From Desulfosudis oleivorans (GTDB lineage Bacteria > Desulfobacterota > Desulfobacteria > Desulfobacterales > SURF-7): a DNA stretch of 64,000 bases. This document shows, in pieces, positions 57,005 through 64,000 of this stretch; positions within the stretch are counted from its first letter, which is position 1; every line of letters begins with the position of its first letter. A program made the position numbers and the translations under genes. The stretch is taken from NCBI GenBank assembly GCA_020723305.1, contig DYJC01000004.1, positions 136,261 to 200,260 of the forward strand, read 5' to 3'. The notes under the pieces are model-generated. The model was not told where the DNA came from, did no database searches, and saw only the letters and a list, made by a program, of their open reading frames with translations.

Positions 57005-58084
57005 TCAGCTTCTTTTCAGGCCGGTTTTTTGACCGGCTTTTTTTTGTTGAATTTCCATAAAAACAGCCAGAATATCCGGATCGAATTTCTTCCCTGAAAG
57101 GTTCGTCATCTCCAGCAGTACCCTTTCCCGGCTCCAGGCCCCCTTATAAGGCTGCTTATGGGAAAATTCATCGAAAGCATCCGCAATAGCCACAATACGA
57201 GCAGGGAGTGGAATGGCAGAACCGGAAAGACCATCGGGAAAGCCGCTGCCATCCCAATTTTCATGATGGCTGCGGGCGATTTGCCGTGCGATCTGATAAA
57301 AAGGTTTGACGCCCAGAATTTTTTCCCCTGCCTGGGTGTGGTTACGCATGACATGCTGCTCCCGGTCCGTGAGTGGTCCCGACTTCCTCAGTACCTCGTC
57401 CGGCACATAAATTTTACCCACATCATGCAGAATACTGAACCGGCTGATCTTACCCGCCTCATCGGTTGTCAAACCAAGACCATTACAGATATCCAGTGTC
57501 AAATCCAGAATCCGGTAGATATGCGCACCAGTGTCGTCGTCCTTTGCCTCCGCCGCTTTAGCCAGCATGGCAATGCTCTCCTCCACCGCTTCGTCCAGCA
57601 ACAGCGTTCGCCGCCGGACTATCTCTTCCAGATCTTCATTCAGCTCCTTTAGTTTCTGATTTTGTTCGGCGGTGATCTTCAACAGCATCCTGTTCTGAAC
57701 CATCAGATTGTAATGTTCAAAAGCCCGGCGCAGGGTTGACTTGAGGTCTTCCATATCCCAGGGTTTCTTTACGTACCCGTATAAATGCAACTGATTGATG
57801 GCGGATACGGCATTTTCCAAAGAGGCATGGCCGGTGATGAGAATCTCCACCAGATCCGGCTTTTTCTCTTTGGCTTGCTCCAAAAAGGCGACGCCGTTCA
57901 TTTCCGGCATCATAAAATCAGACAGCACCACGCCGACATCATGAGCTTCCAGCACATTCAGCCCCTCTTTGCCGGATTGGGCCATATGGATCGTGTACCC
58001 TTCCTTGCGCAACATTCTTTCCAGGCTGGTGGCGACCCGCGGCTCATCATCCACGATCAGCAAAGTTTGATTCAGCTCGAACAT
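57005..58084 (-). CDS. Response regulator with HD-GYP-type phosphodiesterase domain (variant motif)
   Basis: 359 aa. REC (LLIVDDE...SDFMMPEMNG...KKPW), ILHDVGKI, and HHENWDGSGFPDGL, in which GYP reads GFP. Confidence 0.85.
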   Translation of the reverse strand: MFELNQTLLIVDDEPRVATSLERMLRKEGYTIHMAQSGKEGLNVLEAHDVGVVLSDFMMPEMNGVAFLEQAKEKKPDLVEILITGHASLENAVSAINQLHLYGYVKKPWDMEDLKSTLRRAFEHYNLMVQNRMLLKITAEQNQKLKELNEDLEEIVRRRTLLLDEAVEESIAMLAKAAEAKDDDTGAHIYRILDLTLDICNGLGLTTDEAGKISRFSILHDVGKIYVPDEVLRKSGPLTDREQHVMRNHTQAGEKILGVKPFYQIARQIARSHHENWDGSGFPDGLSGSAIPLPARIVAIADAFDEFSHKQPYKGAWSRERVLLEMTNLSGKKFDPDILAVFMEIQQKKAGQKTGLKRS

Positions 58085-58113
58085 GATTTACCTCCTTAGT
58101 ATAGACTGTGGCC

Positions 58114-59823
58114 TTAAATAGGCATCCGGATCATAAAAGTGGTTCCCTTATCCTCTTCGGTGATAAAATCCATGCTTCCTCCATGCAGCTCCGTAATGAT
58201 ACGGTACGCGACATTCAATCCCTGTCCGATTCCACGGCCGACTTCCTTGGTGGTAAAAAAGGGATCGAATATCCGGTGCCGAATGGATTCCGGAATCCCG
58301 GAACCATTATCGCTGAACCGGATCTCCACGGAATCATTCTTTTTGCGGGTCGAAACGGAGATTGTCCCCTTTGTACCGTCTGTTTTATACACAGCTTCCT
58401 CAACAGCATGTGCCGCGTTGATCAGGAGATTTAAAAAAACCTGATTCATTTCACCGGCCAGGCAAAACACCTGCGGCAAGGTTGCATCAAAATCGGTTTC
58501 AACCACAGCCACCGGTTTCCATTCGTTTTGGGAGATGGTGATGGAGCTTTCAATCGCCTTGTTCAGATTCACCGAGGTTTTCCCATCCTTATTCGGACGG
58601 GAAAAATCACGCATGGAAAGGACGATTTTGTTCACATGGTAGATACCCTCCAGAGATTGAGTGATGGACTGGGGTATCTCCGTAAGAAGATACTCCATGT
58701 CCGAAGTTTTCAATAAAGTTTCAAGTTCATCAACGATTTCCGTACCCGGCTTCTCCTTTCTAATCTCTTCCGATAATCGCATGACAAAATCAAGAACCGG
58801 TTTCAAATCGCCCAATGCATCTTCAAGAAACCGAAGATTGTCCCTTACGTATTGAGCGGGAGTATTGATTTCATGGGCAATACCGGCAGCCAGCCGTCCA
58901 ATACTTTCCAGCTTCTGCGCCTGCAACAGTTTTTTTTCAAGCTGCTTACGTTCCGTGATATCGAGTATGACACCGACAATCCCGGCGATATGGCCTTCCG
59001 TATCCTTATAAACATCCTTATGAAAAACAACATCATGTAATGAACCATCCGCGAATTTTACTGACGCTTCATACACCTGCCTGCCGCCTTCCTGAATCAA
59101 TTTCATATCCGCCTGGTGATACACTTTTGCCAGTTCCGATGGCGCGATATCAAACACTGTTTTTCCCACAATCCGGTCTTTCGGCACCCCGGAGTAACTC
59201 TTAAAAGCCAGATTGCCGCCCCTGTATACCCCTTCCCGATCCTTGTAAAAAATCGGCGCAGGAATGGCATCCATAAGAATTTGCAGAAAAAAAAGCTGAT
59301 CATGAAGCTGATTCGCCGCCTCTTCCTTCTCCTTCCGGGCGGTTTCCAGCTTCTGCACGGTTTCCTGCAACTCCAGGGTCCGGTCATAAATCTTCTTTTC
59401 CAGCATCTGATGGTAGGCTTTTTCCTTCAATTCCAATCCACGGCGCCTCAGGGCATTGGCAACACTGATCAGAAGCTGACTGCTGTCCACAGGCTTGATG
59501 ACATAACCATACAGATCCAGGGCAATGGCTTCGCGGGCGGTTTGCAAGTCTTCAACCACCGTTACAATAATAACGGCCGTATCCGGGTATTCTGAACGGA
59601 CAAACCGGATCAGATCCAGCCCGGATTCCCCCGGCATCTGCAAGTCGGAAAGAACCATGTCAAAACATGTCTGCTTAAAACAGGCCCGCGCTTCCGCTGC
59701 ATCGCACGCCATGCTGCAATGATATCCGTTGTCCGTCAGTATCCTGTTCAGCATATGCCGGACCATTTCCTCATCGTCCACAATAAGGACGCTCCCTGAT
59801 GATTCCGGATTCATCCCTTTCAT
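58114..59823 (-). CDS. Hybrid histidine kinase (REC-PAS-HisKA-HATPase_c)
   Basis: 569 aa. REC (VLIVDDE...SDLQMPGESG), a PAS region, H-box GIAHEINTP and G-boxes (DNGSGI, GIGQGL). Confidence 0.88.
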   Translation of the reverse strand: MKGMNPESSGSVLIVDDEEMVRHMLNRILTDNGYHCSMACDAAEARACFKQTCFDMVLSDLQMPGESGLDLIRFVRSEYPDTAVIIVTVVEDLQTAREAIALDLYGYVIKPVDSSQLLISVANALRRRGLELKEKAYHQMLEKKIYDRTLELQETVQKLETARKEKEEAANQLHDQLFFLQILMDAIPAPIFYKDREGVYRGGNLAFKSYSGVPKDRIVGKTVFDIAPSELAKVYHQADMKLIQEGGRQVYEASVKFADGSLHDVVFHKDVYKDTEGHIAGIVGVILDITERKQLEKKLLQAQKLESIGRLAAGIAHEINTPAQYVRDNLRFLEDALGDLKPVLDFVMRLSEEIRKEKPGTEIVDELETLLKTSDMEYLLTEIPQSITQSLEGIYHVNKIVLSMRDFSRPNKDGKTSVNLNKAIESSITISQNEWKPVAVVETDFDATLPQVFCLAGEMNQVFLNLLINAAHAVEEAVYKTDGTKGTISVSTRKKNDSVEIRFSDNGSGIPESIRHRIFDPFFTTKEVGRGIGQGLNVAYRIITELHGGSMDFITEEDKGTTFMIRMPI

Positions 59824-59861
59824 TTCAGTTGATCCTTTTTTAGGATAGGTTGTGAGGCAGG

Positions 59862-61763
59862 CTATCGCCTGAAGTCTATTGCTCGCCTGATCTGTTCAGC
59901 CAGGTCTTTTTTTTCAAACGGTTTTTGCAACAAGGCGCGGACACCCATTGACTTCACCTGATTCTCACTAATCCGCTCGCTGAACCCGGTACAAATCATC
60001 ACCGGGACGTCAGGCCGGATGGCCATCAGTTCCCGGGCCAGGATGTCTCCGGTCATCCCGGGCATGGTCATATCGGTAATCACCAGATCAAATTTTTCCG
60101 GATGATTCCGGAAATTTTCCAGCGCCTCCAGGGGATCTGTATAGGTTGTCACACGATACCCTAACGACCCTAGCAGCCGCTTCGCCAAATCGGTCAATGT
60201 CGTTTCATCGTCCACAAACAGAATGCTTTCATGACCCAGGGGAATTTTGTTGCCATCATCCATCGGTTTTTTGAAAACCGGTTCAGCCTGCTTCGGAAAG
60301 TAGAGATGGAATGTTGTTCCTTTCCCGGTCTTGCTTTCCACCCGGATCATTCCGCCATGGTTTTTAACAATGCCGTATACTACCGAGAGCCCCAGCCCGG
60401 TTCCTACACCCTTGGGCTTGGTGGTGAAATAGGGTTCAAACAGATGTTCCAGGACATGCTCCTGCATGCCGGTTCCCGTATCTGCGACAACGACTCTCAG
60501 ATAATGCCCGGGACGCGCCGGGAGTGATGAGACATCCGGAATGACTGCCATATCGTCCTCTTCGATGCTGACCGAAAGATGTCCTCCATTTTCCCGCATG
60601 GCATGATGGGCGTTGACGCATAGATTCATAATCACCTGGTGAATCTGAGTAGGGTCTCCCATCACATACCCATCCGCAGGAAATTTCTGATTCATGGAGA
60701 TGGTTGCGGGCAGAGTTGCCCGCAGCATCTTGAGTGACTCTTTGATGATCAGACTCATTTTCACCGGCATGAATTTGCTCTCCGCCTGGCGGCTGAAAGC
60801 CAGAATCTGATACACCAGATTCTTGGCGCGGTGTCCGGACTTCAGAACATTCGTCAAATAACCATGCAACACCTCGCCGGACAAATCCCGCTGCTGGGCC
60901 AATTCCGTATATCCGATGATCGCCGAAAGTATATTGTTGAAATCATGCGCAATGCCACCGGCCAACAATCCAATGGACTCCATCTTCTGGGCCTGCCGCA
61001 ACTGTTCCTCCAGAACAAGCCTCTCTGTGATGTCCGTGCCCACTTCCACTGCTCCTGTAACCTTGCCTGTCAGATCCGTCACCGGACAGCCTTTGAGGAT
61101 CAGGGTTCTGCCTTTCTGATTTACATGCATATCCGTTTCCGTATTACCTGACCGGATCGCCTGTTCCACTGGGCAATCCGGACAGACTTCCATCCGGCTC
61201 TGCATTATCTCGAAACAGCGCCTGCCGGTCATCTCTTCTCTTGCCAGACCAGCGGAACGGCAGGCAGCCAGGTTGGGCCAGACAATTTTCAGGTCCGTAT
61301 CCTGTAAAATAATGTTATCGTCAATGGCATCCAGAATGGTCCGCATGCGCAATTCCGCTTCCCGAAGTTGTTCCTGGGCTTGATGACGTTCCAGGGCATA
61401 ACAGAGAACACGGGCCAGAAAATCACCTGAAAATCGCCCTTTGACCAGATAATCCTGGACCCCTTCCCGAAGTGCGATCATGCCGGTCTCTTCATCATCG
61501 TTTCCGGTTATGACAACAATCGGAAGACCTTCGGCTGCCTTCCGAAGCTTCCGCAGGGTATCTATGCCGGTGCTGTCCGGGAGTCCCAGATCCACTAACA
61601 CCAGTTGGAACATGTTATCCGCCAACCGGTCCAGGGCATCGGCAAGCCGGGAAACCCAAACAAATTGAAACCCCGCCTGACGTGCATCCGACAGCAACAC
61701 CTGGATCAATTCAGCATCCCCCGGGTTGTCCTCAATCAGCAGAACTGTAATCTTCTCTTTCAT
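59862..61763 (-). CDS. Hybrid histidine kinase (REC-PAS-HisKA-HATPase_c-REC)
   Basis: 633 aa. N-terminal REC ([10 protein letters not shown]...[10 protein letters not shown]), H-box GIAHDFNN, G-boxes, and a C-terminal REC (ILFVDDE...[10 protein letters not shown]). Its ATGA overlaps the stop of the upstream gene. Confidence 0.88.
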   Translation of the reverse strand: MKEKITVLLIEDNPGDAELIQVLLSDARQAGFQFVWVSRLADALDRLADNMFQLVLVDLGLPDSTGIDTLRKLRKAAEGLPIVVITGNDDEETGMIALREGVQDYLVKGRFSGDFLARVLCYALERHQAQEQLREAELRMRTILDAIDDNIILQDTDLKIVWPNLAACRSAGLAREEMTGRRCFEIMQSRMEVCPDCPVEQAIRSGNTETDMHVNQKGRTLILKGCPVTDLTGKVTGAVEVGTDITERLVLEEQLRQAQKMESIGLLAGGIAHDFNNILSAIIGYTELAQQRDLSGEVLHGYLTNVLKSGHRAKNLVYQILAFSRQAESKFMPVKMSLIIKESLKMLRATLPATISMNQKFPADGYVMGDPTQIHQVIMNLCVNAHHAMRENGGHLSVSIEEDDMAVIPDVSSLPARPGHYLRVVVADTGTGMQEHVLEHLFEPYFTTKPKGVGTGLGLSVVYGIVKNHGGMIRVESKTGKGTTFHLYFPKQAEPVFKKPMDDGNKIPLGHESILFVDDETTLTDLAKRLLGSLGYRVTTYTDPLEALENFRNHPEKFDLVITDMTMPGMTGDILARELMAIRPDVPVMICTGFSERISENQVKSMGVRALLQKPFEKKDLAEQIRRAIDFRR

Positions 61764-62218
61764 TTCTTTATCCCATTAGGTGGCAAGGTGACGATTGTCA
61801 TCCAGAAGTTCTCTATGGATTTCACGACATTGATAAACTGCATCAGATCGATAGGTTTGGTGATGAAGCAGTTGGCATGCAGATTATAAATTTGGATCAC
61901 ATCCTCCTCATTCCGGGATGTGGTCAGAATCACCACGGGTATGCGCCTCAAGTTTTCATCATCCTTGATTACAGATAGAACTTCCCAGCCGTCTTTCCGG
62001 GGCAGGTTAAGGTCCAGCAGAATCAAATCCGGCCGCAATGCTTCCCGGTAATGGCCTTCCTTTTTTAAATAGGCCAGGGCCGCCTCTCCGTCACCGACAA
62101 CATGCAGGTTGTTCAGTATTTTACTGGTTTCCATTGCTTCCCGTGTCAGATCCGCGTCTCCGGGATTATCCTCCACCAGCAAGATTTCAATGGGTTTCAT
62201 CAATGGATGTTCTGTCAT
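61760..62218 (-). CDS. Single-domain response regulator (CheY-like)
   Basis: 152 aa from ATG 62218 with a GGGAGGG RBS 6 nt upstream. Motif [10 protein letters not shown]...[11 protein letters not shown]...TKP. The longer track start lies within repeat-derived sequence. Confidence 0.85.
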   Translation of the reverse strand: MTEHPLMKPIEILLVEDNPGDADLTREAMETSKILNNLHVVGDGEAALAYLKKEGHYREALRPDLILLDLNLPRKDGWEVLSVIKDDENLRRIPVVILTTSRNEEDVIQIYNLHANCFITKPIDLMQFINVVKSIENFWMTIVTLPPNGIKK

Positions 62219-62280
62219 GGGAATCCCTCCCTTCCGTCCCATAAGTGCTAAATTGATAAACTCGTAAAAAGTCTCTGAAT

Positions 62281-62353
62281 CGTCATGCCGGACTTGATCC
62301 GGCATCCAGCACCTATTGAAAATACTGGACTCCGGTTTTCACCGGAGTGACGG
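62281..62353 (+). mobile_element. Diverged short relative of the MITE core (copy F)
   Basis: CGTCATGCCGGACTTGATCCGGCAT...TACTGGACTCCGGTTTTCACCGGAGTGACGG parallels the core of copy B (GTCATTCCGGCGAAAGCCGGACA...TTCTGGACACCGGCCTTCGCCGGTGTGACGG). The family terminal repeats are not recognisable. Confidence 0.45.
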
Positions 62354-62365
62354 AATTGAGAAATT

Positions 62366-64000
62366 TTACAGTTCCGTCCCCTTCATTGTAAAATAGAATG
62401 TCGAGCCTTTGCCCAGCTCCGATTCAAACCAGATCGCACCGCCATGACGCTCCACGATGCGTTTGCACAAAGCAAGACCGATACCGGTTCCGGGATATTC
62501 ATCACGGGTATGCAGCCGCTGAAAGATGATGAATATTTTATCCTTATATTGAAGGTCAATGCCGATTCCATTGTCCGTCACGCCAAATCGCCAGTCCTGA
62601 CCGGTTTTTTGAGCCGATACATGAATCCTCGGCAAGCCGTTGCTGCTTTTGTACTTGATTCCATTTCCGATCAGATTCTGAAATACCTGAGTCAGTTGGG
62701 TGGGATCAGCCCAGACCAAAGGTAGTTCAGAGCTGGTCACCAGGACGCCGGATTCCTGAATGACGTTATGCAGATTGGCCAAGGCTGAGCCAAGGGCAGC
62801 ATGGCTGTCCACTGCCTGTAAATCCGAACCTTTTGTCGTTACACGGGAATAGGTGAGCAGGTCGTTGATCAGAGTCTGCATCCGGATGGCTCCATCCACG
62901 GCATAATGGATGTATTTATGGGCTTTCTCATCCAATTGATTCTGGTAACGCTCCGACAGAAGCCGGCAGTAACTGGAAACCATGCGAAGGGGCTCTTGCA
63001 GGTCGTGGGAGGCTGCATACGCAAATTGCTGCAAATCCCGGTTGGAGCGCTCCAGTTCAAAGAGAGCATCCATCAGTTTTTTTTCCACTGCTTTTCGCTC
63101 CGTAATTTCAGACTTCAACTCGTCCCGCGAAACCAATGTTGCGTCCAGTTGCCGTACCATGCCTTCAAAAGCCCGTGCAAGGTCTCCGATTTCATCCCCG
63201 GCCAAGGTATCTGCCCGGAAATCCCGATGACCCAGGCTGATTTTTCCGGTTTCCTCGATCAATCGTTTGATCGGCCGGGTAAACATCCGTGCCAGGATCA
63301 AGCCGGCCAACAAAGCGAATAGTATTGCACCGGCACAAAACATCACAATTTTTTTCCGCAGCCGTAAAATAGATACAAAGGCCTCGGCCTGGCCGATCTC
63401 GGTGATCATGCACAACTCCCATTCTGGAATCCAGTGATAGGCTCCGATGACGGGTTCTCCACGGTAATCCTTGTAAAAGCCGGTTCCGTTGCTGTGCAGC
63501 AGGGCCTTTTGCACACCCTGTGTATGAACCGATTTTTTTAACGCAAACTCCTTGCCGAACCTCGGTTCCGTGATAAAAAAGTTGAATTTATTGACCAGAT
63601 AAGTATCCTCGGTTGAACGCTTGCTACTGCTCCGCATCATAATCTCGGATAAACCAACCAGATCGAGCCGACCGGCCAGAACAGCGATTGTGTTCCCCTG
63701 CTCGTCCTTGATGGGCGTTGCGATGGTCATGGCCGGTCTCTGCAACGTAATGGAATAGTACATATTTTCAATAAAAGTACTGGTTTTCCCTTTCTGAAAA
63801 AAAAGCCGGTGTTCACGGTATTTGCCCTCTTGCCGCGGGTCTGTGGACAGCAGGATCAGTCCGTCCTCCTTTCGCAGGATAAACAACTCGAAAAAACCGC
63901 TTTTATCCTTGACCGGCCTTAAAAATTTTTCGACAATATCCTTGTGAAAGGATTCATGAGCCGGATTCCCCATATCATGGACAGGTATGGCGGCTGCAAT
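62366..64000 (-). CDS. Sensor histidine kinase (Cache-like periplasmic domain, HAMP, HisKA, HATPase_c); 5' end beyond the window
   Basis: The reading frame stays open to the window edge. There is a TM helix (VMFCAGAILFALLAGLILARMF), a HAMP region, the H-box AASHDLQEP and G-boxes (DNGIGI, GTGIGL). Confidence 0.85.
   Translation of the reverse strand: MAAAIPVHDMGNPAHESFHKDIVEKFLRPVKDKSGFFELFILRKEDGLILLSTDPRQEGKYREHRLFFQKGKTSTFIENMYYSITLQRPAMTIATPIKDEQGNTIAVLAGRLDLVGLSEIMMRSSSKRSTEDTYLVNKFNFFITEPRFGKEFALKKSVHTQGVQKALLHSNGTGFYKDYRGEPVIGAYHWIPEWELCMITEIGQAEAFVSILRLRKKIVMFCAGAILFALLAGLILARMFTRPIKRLIEETGKISLGHRDFRADTLAGDEIGDLARAFEGMVRQLDATLVSRDELKSEITERKAVEKKLMDALFELERSNRDLQQFAYAASHDLQEPLRMVSSYCRLLSERYQNQLDEKAHKYIHYAVDGAIRMQTLINDLLTYSRVTTKGSDLQAVDSHAALGSALANLHNVIQESGVLVTSSELPLVWADPTQLTQVFQNLIGNGIKYKSSNGLPRIHVSAQKTGQDWRFGVTDNGIGIDLQYKDKIFIIFQRLHTRDEYPGTGIGLALCKRIVERHGGAIWFESELGKGSTFYFTMKGTEL

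Noticed and set aside
13713-62353. The dispersed repeats as a CRISPR array
   Set aside because: The copies lie kilobases apart, occur in both orientations, are 122-143 bp long and have terminal inverted repeats. No regular repeat-spacer periodicity exists anywhere in the window.

Overview
This 64-kb chromosomal window has the gene content of a strict anaerobe resembling Desulfobacterota sulfate reducers; that assignment is inferred from content only. About 55 protein genes can be supported. I found no rRNA, tRNA or CRISPR array by eye.

Left third (0-23.6 kb): a secreted Cache protein with a chemoreceptor (MCP), a vapBC module, and an Fe-ADH/SCP2/aldehyde:ferredoxin oxidoreductase operon. Then a 741-aa orphan regulator-like protein and a damaged ars cluster around an intact ACR3 pump. 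Then a second MCP, a mazEF-like TA pair, an OYE reductase, a DUF4143 ATPase, an Fe-S protein, MarC, a GAF protein, an acyl-CoA ligase, an AraC-MGMT fusion and PpnP.

Middle (23.7-37 kb): a decayed type I R-M locus (hsdM and hsdR stubs around an intact rhuM) abuts an AT-rich break. A tightly coupled three-gene operon follows: a pseudokinase-TM-PEGAx5-FGE-like protein, a polytopic membrane protein, and a GTPase with a membrane hairpin. This operon is my best candidate for an undescribed system. After it come TauE, a CBS protein, OadG/OadB, a thioesterase, TerC and a CMP-kinase-like protein.

37.1-47.5 kb: a minus-strand hydrogenase/heterodisulfide-reductase operon. Four apparent ORF breaks are in-frame TGA selenocysteine codons, in the MvhA-, HdrC/B-, MvhD- and HdrA-like genes. 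Each is followed 15-16 nt later by a 6-7 bp hairpin. HdrA is a tandem double module that carries an in-frame HTH extension.

Right end: pyrF and an ~11-kb minus-strand two-component/c-di-GMP operon, which runs off the window.

A 122/143-bp MITE-like repeat with ~16-nt terminal inverted repeats occurs four times, plus fragments.
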